From positions 135,718,001 through 135,782,000 of the forward strand of contig NC_042997.1 of the NCBI RefSeq assembly GCF_006345805.1: a stretch of 64,000 bases of DNA. The letters are read 5' to 3'. This stretch comes from Octopus sinensis (taxonomy: Eukaryota). The translations under genes were made by a program, and so were the position numbers. The notes beneath the pieces are model-generated. The model saw only the letters and a list, made by a program, of their open reading frames with translations. It searched no databases and had not been told where the DNA came from. Below, piece by piece: positions 25,401 through 39,099 of the stretch (within the stretch, counting starts at the first letter, position 1; the number at the start of each line of letters is the position of its first letter).

Positions 25401-27266
25401 GTTGGCCTTGGTGGTTATTGAAATTTTTGAAGTGAGTTCTATCGTCCACGTTAGAATACGTTTATTACTTACATTATTACAGAGTTTATGCGGGAGGCTA
25501 AAATTAATGCAATATTTGTATGCTATTTTTTTTAAAGACTATGGTGGGAAATTATGTGAAAGAGAATTAGATGTAATGAACCATTAACGATAAATAAGGA
25601 CTGGATGGCGACGACAATGCTCATGATGGCTGAAACAATAATATGGAAAATGAAAGAGGAGAAGAATACGAAGAAAAAAGATGGAGCAATGGGAAGACAA
25701 CGGTGAGTATATAGACAATGGCAAGGAGTGCGAAATAAATGTTACTCTAAAATAAACTAATTATAATATAGATATCGATATTGTTACTCATATATTGGCT
25801 TTTCCGACAATTCTTCTAAATGTTTTAGCATACAATACACGTTGGCTTACTTTTTCCGTGAGAGAGACACTCTGCATCTGCTGATTAATGTATATTTCAT
25901 GTTCTTTGTTCAGGTCAGCCTCTATCTACTGAATATGATTGGCTGTATCTAATCTTTACATTAACTGTGCATTCATGACTAGCACGCATTTCATTTGCTG
26001 AGTAACGACGCTTTCTTTCTCAAATCGACGTGACTGCCATTAAAGTAAAGAACCACAACTGATTTCAAGTGGTATGTATATTCAAGAGGTGTGCAAGTTT
26101 TATTGTGAAGCTAAATCCTTTCCAAATATCATACAAAAGACCAGATATATCAAAGCTATCAAGAAATATTTATTTCAACTTAGGGGTAAAGAATACGAGA
26201 TTTCTAAGGAATATCTCCTTTCTAAGTAATATTGTTATGCTATTGTAATGATGACCTGTTTGTCATGGTGGTGGTGGTGGTGGTGGTGATGATATAATTT
26301 TAAGTCAGCTCTGATTGAGAAAACTCATGGCACAGGTAGCTGATGTTATTTTCGTGGAATTTATTTCAATCTGATACTCATATAAAGAATTTTATAGTAT
26401 ATGTAAAATATGTAAAATATTTTATAGTATATGTAAAATATTTTTGTATGCGGATTTTCAATGAATATGAAAGATTTAGTTCGTAAATGTTTCGCTTGAC
26501 TCTTTGAAGTAACTGGAAGATATCCATGAAGCGGGTGAATTTAAAATATAAGCAATTCTGAATTAAAATGATTAAAAACAACACGTTAAGTGGAATCTAA
26601 GAGCGCAAAGATAAATGGCAAGACCAATACAGAAGTAGTATGCACCCGAAGAAAAAAGTTAAATGGTACATACTTATCAATATTATTAAACGTTTTAAGA
26701 TATCTTACAGTAATGAAGCCATACTCTCACAAAGATTTTCGAACATTTTCTACTTTTTCCCTTTGATTTCAGACAGCATATACTTTTTTACCTAAACAAG
26801 CTAAGCACTTTTAGCAAAGCAAGCTAAGCAAGAACCAGCTCACTTCAATCCATTTGCCTGCTCGTGCGGCACTATGTCTGGAATTTTATGTAAGCAGCAT
26901 TTGTAAAGCGTATACATCATGATTAAACACTCAATAGACCTAGAGTCATTTAACTGATATTCTCTCATGTTTATTTTACAGTTTATCTATTAGAGAGAAA
27001 TTCTAAACGATTTGTCAAGCAAGTGATTTGCTATCTTGTCCCTCACTGTATGGCTCTCCCAGTTCCTACATTTCCGGCTGTAACCGTTCTTTCTCCACAT
27101 GATGTCAACCTTTGTAATTACTCATCCATCTACATTTTCTCACACAAGTTCTTAAATTCACGTAATCATGTCATAATGTACTTATATATGTATGCATCTA
27201 TCGCAATATTTATGTGTGTATGTGTATATATATACGTACACACACACAAACACACATTTATGTATA

Positions 27267-27407
<141 letters not shown>

Positions 27408-30400
27408 CATGGAAATATGCGTGCAAGAGAAATGATATTCTTAAGATTATAAAGCTGGAAAAGTTCAGGACAAGTTATTACATCTGGTAAAGTACAAAAC
27501 ACGTGTGATTTTTAATAGGACATTTAATTGCGTTATCTTACGAATCATTCATTAACCAAGATGAATAATAGTTGCGTAATGCAAATTAAACAATCTAGAA
27601 TTATTGACAAATCATCAGAGATCTGCAACTTTTATGCCGAACATTACTGGGTTGAAAACATAACAGAAATCACCATCGTGGACTTGACTAGAGACTGAAC
27701 TAGATTGGTTAGGGAGACCACGTTATATTGGTATCAGATGGAGGAAATTAGCATACACAAGGAAACGGAGAGGAAGACAGAAAATAAAATTTTACCTACT
27801 CGTGTTAAAGAAGTGAAATATCACCATGTGGCATAGCATTTCTTATCAATTTTCTCCTTTCATGCTGAGACAGCCATAACACGTGGAGCCACGTTATTCC
27901 ATTTTTCCAGGAGACTATATTGGGTTCGTGAGTGATACCCAAGCTGGCGAATGCAAATACTCGCTACTTCGTAGCAAAGAACCTTGGTTTGAAAGCAAAG
28001 AAATTTGTCTAAAAAGGCCTTCTTTATTGCGCCTTCGAATGCTACAAAAGTTTGTCTAAAAACCAACACAGAAACATGTTCACATGTGCACATATATAAA
28101 TTTGTGAGTGTGCGCGCGCGCGATGTGTATGCGTGCGTGTGTGTATGTGTGTCTGTGTGTGTTTGCGCGTGCGTGTTTGTGTATGCACATGTATGTGTGT
28201 GTTTCGTCTGGTTGTTTGAATTTCTCATCGATGATCTCAGATATTTGATTTATGCTAGATCAATGATCCAGGTGACACTTGACTTGGGATTAGGAAATCT
28301 AGGAAGGAATTGTGTATAAACTTTGATTCCATGCATCAAAAAAGATCACAAATTTTTTAAGAGCAACACCGCTGTAACTGATAACCTGCATTTGATAGTA
28401 GATTTAATTCTATGCAAAAGTATGAAAATTTACCTCACAATGATCACATCACTAATTATGTCCTTTAATCTCGAGAGGTTTGAATATATTAAAATCATTA
28501 ATTTCATGTTAAAGACAAATTCATTAGAATGTGAAATATCAGATATTTAAATGCATCTGTCCCTCTTTTTACATTGATCCAACACATGTCCTATGGAACG
28601 AATGAATGTATGTAAAACAAATATGTTTATCGAAATCAATTTATTCATATATAATACTGATTTTTAAAACAAAATACAAATATGTCACTCCACGTTATTA
28701 TTCAAGCATTTTATATATATACCCTTAGACAGAGTGTCTGTTAATTATCATTTTGGCATAAAAGAAAACCCATTTGAATTTCGGAATATATTTGTCTCTC
28801 CTCATCAAATGTCAAACACCATACTCAAGCCCATCAAATAATCTTCTAACTGGCGATCTTTCAAAGCAATAACAGTTACATTTCGATAGTAGGAAGCTAA
28901 TCTTGTATTTTTTATGTTTTTACTATCATTTCGATCTACTCAACAGGAGAACTGCTGATATTAATACTTATGGATATGTAAAAATTCTTATATTACTTTT
29001 AACAGTAACACCGATTTATCGGCTCGTGCTTTTCAATTTATATTTGTGTATTTTTCAGCTATATCACATATGTGCTAGTTACTACAGCATTCGTTGCACT
29101 GTGTTTATACGTCTCTTTTCTATGTTCAATTACCACCGGTTATAACTTTGTCTTTCATGTTTATTGTGTCGATAGAGAAACCATAGGTCAAGTATTGGTA
29201 TTGATCTAGCACCAAGCGTATTGCTTTGTACCCATGTCAGAAATCATTATTATTACTCAATTTACTGTTGAAAACGTGTTTTATGCCTTTTGCTGACAGG
29301 TTTTTATGCCTTTTGCTGACAGGTTTTGCTGACAGGTTTTCTCTCATGCTTATGTAATTGTGCCTGTGTATTTATATTACATTAAAATGAAGGAGTGAGC
29401 TTACTTACAAGGAACTTTTCTTAATCATTAACTTTTGTCATTATTGCAGAATTGTTTTTCAGCAGATATATTGATAAATATCTTTTCATGAATTTTATGC
29501 TCACAGCTACGATTGGATTTCAGCATGAGAGCCAGACAAGTGGAAATATATGGCCATAAATCAGCAGAGAGCAAAAGCTGCAGGTTTAAAATTATTATTA
29601 AATAATATAGAAAATAATGAGACTCAGTAACTATATATCTGAGGCATTTCGTTTATAAAGACGATTGAAAATGCTTTAATATTCACATATATGAAAAATT
29701 TGAAGTGTTATGATACTAAAATATAAACTCTGAATAAGAATGTAGACCAACAAGCCGATTAAAGATCGAACCGATAGAAATATATTGTAGACATAAAAAT
29801 GAATATATTTTTTTGGTGAAAATAATGATAAACAAAAATTATGTTTATATACATATCTGACAGAATAAAAATTAAAGAAAAACATATAAGAATTTGTTCA
29901 GTCTATAATTAAAGGTTCTTCATATTGTAATTAGAACTACAGCACACTAGAGGGTTGAAGCAGAAATTACTATGAAATACCTATCATACTATTATACTCA
30001 TAAACGTAACAGGATGAAGATCATCTATTGACTGATGAAAACATTCTCACTATAAAGATGCCTTAATCATTTGACAGTAAAAGTCTTTACGCCACTGATC
30101 CAGCTAATGCATACACAGCTATTAGGCTTTCCCGACTAACCTCTCCCTCCTCCTAGTATTGTCCATATATATTCTCGCTCTCCACATGATGCGCTCCAAA
30201 TATACCCTGGCCACTCATTCTTCCTTCGTATATCAACCCCTGAAAAAAAAGACTTATTTTCAATCGTATTTTTTCTGCTGACGTCGTCTTTTAAATGTTC
30301 AACACATAAAATCAACCGTGGGAATTTTGCAAATCAGTAGAGTTGCGAATAAAAGGGCTTACTACATTTACTTCCTTTTTACCTTATTTCCGACCGCAAT

Positions 30401-33400
30401 CTATAAAATTAATAACACCCAAATATTGTATTACATTCAGCCACATATATCCTCCTACATTATCTATAGTCGTGTTAGATAGCCATATATTATAACCAGG
30501 ACGGCAGAATTTCTGTTCTAAGTTCAATAGCCACCTAAGTCCATTTTGTCTTGTAATCTTGCTAGGTCGATCATACAAGTTTCAGTCATATTCAAGATTG
30601 GCTTGTCTCAACTACAGATGTGTGTTTAATGTAGAATTAAGTTTCCTGTATATCTTTACTTTGAGTATAAAGAGAGTGTGTATTCAAAAAATTTTAAATG
30701 TATAGACATTTCTATTTCTTTGATAGACATTGAATTGCATTTTTGAATATGCTAACGTTGAACTACAGAACTTGGAGAGAACCATCCATGCCAATTTTAA
30801 ATGGAGTAATTACTATAAAAGCAGAAAGGTATATATTGCACATATAGTTTACAATTTAGCTCAACAGCTGTTTTATTAGCAATAAACATCTATAACCACA
30901 TAATTAAGATACATAACTCAAATTCATTTAAATAGAATTGAGAATAATTACCTATGCCATCGGATCGGTTATGTTAGGTGCTACTAATATAAACCATTTC
31001 GAGATGGTAACGAAGTGTTATAAATAGAGCTCTTAATTATTGTGAATATATTGTCTGATATTTATACTTCGATCCTCTCAACAGAAATATAGTTCCCTCC
31101 CATATACTTACGATGTTAACTGTCTTATTAACTGAGACCTTGATTATCGTATGATAATTTTCAGATATTTATTTACCAATGTTTACTGAAAATGTACTTC
31201 AGAGTCTTTCGCGACATTTTTGCTCCCACTATCAGCGTATATGTTAAAATTAAGTGAAAAACCAGCGTAAATTATAAAATGTAATGATTATATATGCAGG
31301 AGAGAAATTAATGAGAAGAGATAGTGTACTTTAAGCTTATTTTGATACGCATAATATTATCCCCTTTAGCAGAGCCGAATTGCACGGCAACTATGGAGGA
31401 TTCTGGGATCATTCTATTAATTATCAGAAGTGGCTGAGTTCATAATTATCTGTACATTTCACGTAAATCTAAAATTCAAATTTATATTTGCATATTGGCA
31501 AATATACAAATATATTTATAGTTGTTTAACCTGCTTCAGCACATTGAAATGTCCAAAGCTGTATCCTCTCATGGCTTCAGAAGCTTCGTATATATTCGAT
31601 TATCCAGCTAATGGAAGAGGTCTGCATCCCTTGTTCTTACTTAATAGTGAATGCCGCCTGACAGAGAGTCTACCTCTTCGCTTTTCAGCTGTTATTACGG
31701 TTTTTGGAGATAAAATAATTACCAGCCAATTATTGGTCACAATCTATCGCCAAATGTTTGATCTTGTGCCTGTGTTAGAAATCAAACATAAATATTAGCT
31801 AAGTTAATAACTGGATATGGAATATCTCAGCATGTGTTGAACCTACATGTAATTTATATTTTCTCTGCAATGTGTGGGATTTGTTCTGAGCTTGTTATTC
31901 ATATCATATTGAAGATGAGAAAGGTTTAAGTAGAATCAAACATACTTTGTCTATTATTAATGATTTCTGTCATTATTGCAGATATAAGTTTCACTAATGA
32001 TAAAGTCGTGACAACTTTCCGCGAAATATATGTTAAGAGATATTCTTGGAAATCAGCATGAATGCCGAATAAAGAGAAATATACGGTCATGCCCCAGCAG
32101 GAAGCAAACAATGTTAATTCTAAATGAATTAGTGAATACACTGAAATTAATGAGAATTTCTAAATATAAAAGTATCTGAAATTATTATTGTAAATGCAAT
32201 TGATAAATGCCTTGATATTTATATATGCAATACATTAAGACCATTACTAGCTTACTTTTTGAATAATGATTTCGGGTTCAAATTCAGTCATATTTTATAT
32301 AGGATATTTAGTGGAGATGATGAATTTCAGTGTCTTTTACCTCAACTCCCAAATAATTGGATAAAGCGGAGTGAAAAGCCATTCTGACATTTGATTAAGA
32401 AGATGATCGTCATGGGGATCCGGAGAGTAGCTTAATCTTTCGAGGTACCTATGCAAGGAGAAATGGATGAGAATAAACGGTCAGACTTACAAATTTCCCT
32501 GTATGATCGAATAGTCGACGTGTCCGGCAATTACAGAACATAGAGAAGGCAATCTCTTTTTTTTTGAGTAAGAATATGGGTAGTTGGGACCTGGTTGGTC
32601 ATTATGCACTGATAATCCTGCTAAAATTTTCAGAGAAGGAGGACAATTGGGTGTTGTTGTTTAGCTATTCAGAAAGTCATTGTACGAAATGAATGGACAG
32701 ATATTAAATTGTCTTACGCGTCGTAAAATAGTGTCGACGGATTTTGTCTTCTGGTCTAATATCAGGCATTTGTTGCGATGATTTACCAATATACTTTTAA
32801 GGTCACCTTGTCGTATTCCTTTGGCAAATAGAACAGATATTCTAGCCTCCCATGTAGCTATGTTGTACGAAAAACATATAGGAATTGATAACGTTTGTGT
32901 ATGTATGCAGCTGCATGCACAGGTGTTATATTTTCTATGAAACGTTTTACCAATATATTCGCTTTTTTCAACAGTCAGAATTCTACTACATATTTCTACT
33001 GTAGATTCGAAAGCTATTATTTATGCCTTGATCAAGAGTTGAATTTTATTATGTCTTTGAATTTATCTCGCGTTGTATGTAGTCTACGTAATCTGAGGGC
33101 TGTTCCTATTAGCGCTAGTTCCGTGCAGCGTTTACTCGTTAGTCGTTATGTTTTGGTTATGTACTTATCAGTAATTTTTTAATCATTCTCAAAGTACTTA
33201 TTATTGTAAGAATTGTTGCCGTTTTTCAATACCATCATTGGAGATAATTCTGTTTCCCAATCTCTGTAATTCTGTAAATTCCGCATAATTTTCAGAGTTG
33301 AAACCCCACCCCCGATATTTATTATCATTGTTATTAACAATAACACTAACAATAATCAATAATTCTCTTTTTTTATGATAAGCTCACCACACTTACTAAT

Positions 33401-35657
33401 CACAAATTCCATCCCGATATCCTTATGAAATATCTACACTGTTGAAATCAAACCATTATTCAACGGTCTCTCTTACCGACGATCATGAAGTCCTACATAT
33501 ACAATAGGTGATTCAACATTTCTCTACTTTCCGAAATATGTGTGGGAGTGGGTTCCTACAAATCACAAACAGGATTGACAATAGGCTATCTCCTTGAAAT
33601 ATGCCTTTCCTGATGTTAAGCTTCGACAAACATTTTCCACATGATGTTAACTTTATATTCTTCGCTATAAATATATTTCTGTTCATCTATAAGATAAATA
33701 CTTCAGTCAAGTAGGCGAATATTTTCAACCTGTCAACTGCTTCGATACCTAAAACATTTCTATACAGATTATAAACTTACATGCCATAATTAGTGTTGTG
33801 ACTGGTTATATTGTTAAGTTATTAACTCCGGGAAATATGTTGAGATTGAAGCAAACCGACATATGCTTCAAATATAATTTGCACAAAAGTATCCAAGAAT
33901 ATTTTGAAGTTCAATGTGTAACTTCATTCATTCGTTTTAATATTAATCACAATAGTGGAGGCTTGATCTGTAGTTAGAAATCATTCCCTTATGTAGAGGA
34001 AGAAAGAACTGAATTAAAATAAAATCAAAACAATAGAAATATATATACTTTTATACATGTAATATATATTCCATTCAATTGCATAATATTATATTTTATG
34101 CATGGTTCGCTATCACATATGCGTGCTACCAGCCATACATACGATAAAGTGAGTTCATGTACATGTGGCTATTTCTGTCCATGTATGTATTTATTTATGC
34201 TTATATCCGTGCGTGCGTGTGTCTGTGCGTGATTGTATGTACCTGAGTGTGCATGTGGACTCACTCCTCAATACCTTAAATGAATGTAAGATTTCGGTTC
34301 TTATCTCAATAAGTAGAAAAATGTTATTGGAAAAACATACGTCACTCCTTGAAACAATGTATCAATATATCAATTCAATATTTTTATCTTAAAGAAACGT
34401 TTAATATTTATGCTTGTATATGTTTTCCACCTGGAAAATATCTGTAGAGTTTACTTATTTTTCATATTATCATATGCAAAGAGGTAACCAAATATCAAAA
34501 TATTCAGATTATAGAGATAGCTTATCGAGTATTTTACTATCTAAACACAATTTTTCATTCTTCGCCTTCTTTTTCTTTACCTGAGCCAAAGTCAGCTCTC
34601 AATCATTTTTGTTTACCGTTTTGAAATATGTTATGAGTTCTTTGCCTGTATTCTGCAATTTTATATTTACTTCCCATTCACGTTGCTTGTTTAGTCGTCA
34701 ATCAGATATCCTTAGACTGAAATATACTTCATCATTTCGTACGTGTCTTAATTCACATATTCTGTACGTTTGGAATGCTTTTCATCACCTGTATATTCCT
34801 TTTGGCATATATCCGTTTATCATTAATATCGAAACTCATCTAAATCGATATCTTTATCTAAATACAGCAGCCATGCCAGTATCAAATCTATTAATACTTA
34901 TTCCCCTCAGAGCTGTACTGCATATCCAATTCATAATTGATCCGGCAAATTGATATTAACATAATCTTTTCGGCAAATCATACAAATTTTGAACAGAAAA
35001 ATGGATTATTTCTAGGTTTTCAGCTGACCGTTTACAGAGTATACCTAAGATAATACTATCGATATGAATCATGATCACAAACATAGATAATTTGCAATTT
35101 GTAGATATTTTAAAATTTGACAACTATTAAATATATTCTGAGCAAATATTTGTATCTACAAGCTATATAATTTTCAAAAATGTAATTCACGTAATTCACG
35201 TAACAATCTGTATATATTTATCATATTTCATGACATCCGATTTCCTAATTCCTTTTAGAATAATAAAATTCCCGGGTTTGGCTGAAATCTACATTATTCA
35301 GTCTGCAGAAATATATCAGAAGTAATTTGAATGAAGGCTATGATTTAAAGTAATTCATTTTCTAATAAAGGAATTTAAATTTTTACTTCCGATTCATTCT
35401 ATTACATTAAAATATTAGGAAATCTTACCGAAAAAACATTATGAATTGACTCTTTAAATCCAAGGTTAAATACATATATGTGGCTTCATATCTATGCATT
35501 TTATCCGCATAGCCTAGCCCTATAATTGGATTAATGATTGAGATTAACCTATAGTTAAGTTATATATCTGTGCGGCTGGACAGAATTCGCTGAACGGAAG
35601 ACTACAAATAAATGCTTGCAACTTAGAGGCAAAGTATAGCAATGTTATATATATATG

Positions 35658-35706
<49 letters not shown>

Positions 35707-35707
35707 G

Positions 35708-35787
<80 letters not shown>

Positions 35788-35839
35788 CATTATTGGTGAA
35801 TTGAAGAAATGGAGCTGGACGCAGATTGAACAGAAATCG

Positions 35840-35936
35840 TTTTATTTCATTCTACACGTGTTTCGAAAGGCACAAATTACCAAAATCCGATTGAATAATG
35901 GGACCATATTGTGTCTTTCTCTTCAGGAAGAAAAAA
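35840..35936 (-). ncRNA. Type I hammerhead ribozyme, intact core
   Basis: Reverse complement of 36641-36736. Confidence 0.85.
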
Positions 35937-36640
35937 GGAAATCCGTTGGAAAAACAAAAACAGAACAGAGGCGGAGCAATAAACAAATCGAACTGTGCTC
36001 CTAACGCCGCCGTTACACTTATCTGGCCTTTAAATAGCGTTTATAAATAATACCGGCACCCATAGCCCTTGGTAACAAATTCTGAAATAGCCTTTAAGAT
36101 ATCTACGATTAACCACTGCAAGGAGAATTACTCCTGTAAGACAAACGGGGCTTGGTTTTTTCACAGCGGGGGGTTTCCTTGACAAGGCAGGCTTAGATGA
36201 ACACACACACACATAAAACATAATATAATATATATATATTTTTTTTTTTTTTCTTTCTGCCACCCAACGGTTATCACGGCAGTAGCCACTGTCAGCCGAA
36301 CGATCAAACGCACACACGTACACAAAAAATGTTTTCTACCCCTACGCCAACACACACATATATAGAACAGTATACACACACACACGTCTCTAAGTAGATT
36401 TTTTCTCGCCCCTCATAAAACATCCAATATTCCTTAAATAGTCAGAACTTTATTCTCGGTCACAAAGAACATCTATACACCCTCACCCACATGATTGACC
36501 GATGCCTGACCCGTTGAATTCTTCAGCCACCGGTTCTCAACATACAATGATAAACAGTTTCGCCATGGGCTCTTAGGAGCACAGTTCGATTTGTTTTTTG
36601 CTCCGCCTCTGTTCTGTTTTTGTTTTTCCAACGGATTTCC

Positions 36641-36736
36641 TTTTTCTTCCTGAAGAGAAAGACACAATATGGTCCCATTATTCAATCGGATTTTGGTAAT
36701 TTGTGCCTTTCGAAACACGTGTAGAATGAAATAAAA
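36641..36736 (+). ncRNA. Type I hammerhead ribozyme, intact core, predicted cleavage after A36723
   Basis: TTTTTCTTC-CTGAAGA-GAAAGACAC...GTGCCTTTC-GAAA-CACGTG-TA-GAATGAAATAAAA; stem III palindrome ACACGTGT. Confidence 0.85.
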
Positions 36737-36939
36737 CGATTTCTGTTCAATCTGCGTTCAGCTCCATTTCTTCAATTCACCAATAATGTTTTAATTTCAA
36801 TTATCCGCACCAACGCACGGTTGCAACGCCAGATGGTTGTACCCCCAACCGTGCTGTTTACTGCTGTGATTTTTGCTACTAAGGTATCGGTTAAACTTTT
36901 GATTAATCTACTACAAGATTATTCATCTTTCTATTTCAC

Positions 36940-37019
<80 letters not shown>

Positions 37020-37136
37020 CAATTTAGGAATGGCCTTAGTAGGCCATTCGTCCACTAGGAAGAGCAGCCATAGCTCAAACCGCTAAGTAGTAATTCAGAA
37101 ATTAGGTGAAAATTTAAAAACGTTTACCCTAATTCA

Positions 37137-37235
37137 TCTTTATACGATGCATCGTTTCGGTGTTTTTAATGGTAAACTAGCTTAATTAAATTAAATTAAG
37201 TCAATCTACCATGGGTTACACTTCATCAGTAAAGA
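37137..37235 (-). ncRNA. Type I hammerhead ribozyme
   Basis: TCTTTA-CTGATGA-AGTGT...ACACC-GAAA-CGATGCATCG-TA-TAAAGA; 6-bp stem I, 12-nt palindromic stem III, A-C mismatch at base of stem II. Confidence 0.85.
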
Positions 37236-37385
37236 AACCGGGAGAGACAAATATACACGAGGCGTCTGTATCAATGCCTTCGGAATATCTGTCTTAAAAT
37301 TTTCAAGACCATTGTATTCGCGCCAACTTATCAGCAGTAAATATAAACTGCCGATTCAATCTCAGAATTAGTCAGAAAATGATCA

Positions 37386-37620
37386 ATTAATCAATTTAGG
37401 GTAGCAAAAAATTCAATAGAAATTTATCGCTACCAGCGGTCTAGTGGGAAAGAGAAAATAGTCAAAGACTAAATATATAAAATTAAATTTTATATATTTA
37501 GTCTTTATATATATATAAAATTTAATTTTATATATTTAGTCTTTGACTATTTTCTCTTTCCCACTAGACCGCTGGTAGCGATAAATTTCTATTGAATTTT
37601 TTGCTACCCTAAATTGATTA

Positions 37621-37622
<2 letters not shown>
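37386..37622. repeat. Long palindrome, 112-bp arms, 13-nt spacer, nested 19-bp hairpin
   Basis: 37386-37497 is the reverse complement of 37511-37622; 37464-37482 pairs with 37488-37506. Confidence 0.95.
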
Positions 37623-37682
<60 letters not shown>

Positions 37683-37879
37683 TGTATGTATGTATGTATG
37701 TATGTATATATATTTTCTTTTACTTGTTTCAGGCATTTGACTATGGAATATGCTGGAGCTCCGCCTTAGAAATCAACCCCAGAACTTATTCTTTTCTTAG
37801 CCTAGTACATATTCCATCGTTTTTTTTTATACATGTATATATATATGTACATATATATGTATATGTATGTATACGTATG

Positions 37880-37917
<38 letters not shown>

Positions 37918-38176
37918 TATATACATAGTAGAAAAAATTTGCTATAGGTATTAACTCTAATTTTGATTCAACATCTCTTTTTTCTCCATTTTTATACTTG
38001 TTTATGATATATTATATCTATAAAGAAATTTTTCAACTATTATTTTCATATTTTTATTACTTGCTCGCTCTTGCTGTTTCTTATGAATATGATGAGTCTT
38101 TATTAGAAATCATTTTTTCTCTCATTTTGGATATCCCCAAAAAGTTTGAACTGTTCTTTTTGAACTTATTTTTTCT

Positions 38177-38233
<57 letters not shown>

Positions 38234-38311
38234 AATAGCTATATCTCTTTGACTGCTATTTCTAAATTCGGTGTGTGGTAAGGCAATTCGTTGCTAAACC
38301 TTAATTGCTTA

Positions 38312-38345
<34 letters not shown>

Positions 38346-38357
38346 CAAGTAATAGTT

Positions 38358-38896
38358 GTAGCCACTTCAACATGGTTGTACTTTTGAACGGATTTTTAAG
38401 CTCAAGAGGACTTCTTCTCTAGCTGGTTATCGATATAGAGCTGCATCTCATAAATTGCGAGCAGGAGAACGAAGCCTTAACACCTTCTAGCTTCGAGACT
38501 AGAATACCAATCCTGGTTTCGGGCTATATCTGCGACTCTTCAATACTGGACACCTCGTCTCCTTGAAATGACAGTAACTCCCATCTGATCGCAATATATA
38601 TATTTACAACGAACACACAGTCGCTGATTTTGCAGCAAGCAAAAATGGTAGTTCTAAAATCTCTCTAAGACATCAACGCAGTAGTTGTACTAACTAGTAA
38701 TATTCGTAGTCGCTTCAACATGGCTGACCGTTCGAACGGACTATACTGCGATTTTTTAACTACAAGAGAACATCTCATCTAGCTGGTTAACGATGCAGAG
38801 CTACAAACAATACATTGCGAGCAGGGGAGCGGCCCCCTACAACCTTCTAGCAACATGAGCAGCAGACCAGTCCTTGTTTCGGGTTATTTCAGCTAC
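38358..38896 (+). repeat. Diverged ~180-bp direct repeat pair (38358-38536 and 38706-38896)
   Basis: Colinear blocks CTTCAACATGG, TCTAGCTGGTTA, ATTGCGAGCAGG, CCTTCTAGC, GTTTCGGG. Confidence 0.75.
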
Positions 38897-38932
38897 TGTT
38901 CCTATATATTTATATATATATATATGTATATA

Positions 38933-39082
38933 TTGAAACGTAAAATTTACTTAATCTACCTTTCAATATGTGTGCGGGGGCGAATCCCAATGAAGGTGAA
39001 TTAAGAAGATCTGGAGTTCTGCCCATGTACTGTAAACAAAGCTGGAAGAAGTGAGGGAAGAACCATAATTTAAATTCATATA
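38933..39082 (+). repeat. Dispersed ~150-bp repeat (second copy 48446-48593)
   Basis: TTGAAACGTAAAATT...ATGTGTGCGGGGGCGA.TCCCAATGAAGGTGAATTA...AAATTCATATA in both. Confidence 0.9.
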
Positions 39083-39099
39083 CTGGTAGTCATCTTTCA

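Larger units (their letters stand above)
35786..36940. mobile_element. PLE insertion with inverted terminal-repeat copies, embedded in (TA)n
   Basis: Arms 35786-36004 and 36573-36790 differ by 2 substitutions and 1 A-run indel; each contains a hammerhead. Confidence 0.8.
37012..37622 (-). mobile_element. PLE terminus with hammerhead and fold-back 5' junction
   Basis: Bounded by (TA)n on both sides; hammerhead at 37137-37235; palindrome at 37386-37622. Confidence 0.7.

Noticed and set aside
29280-29340. Short tandem 23-mer repeats (similar at 23715-23762 and 26390-26420)
   Set aside because: Two to three adjacent units without spacers: slippage duplications, not a CRISPR array
29520-29585. 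Possible small exon MRARQVEIYGHKSAESKSC
   Set aside because: Weak donor (GTTTAA), no partner exons found
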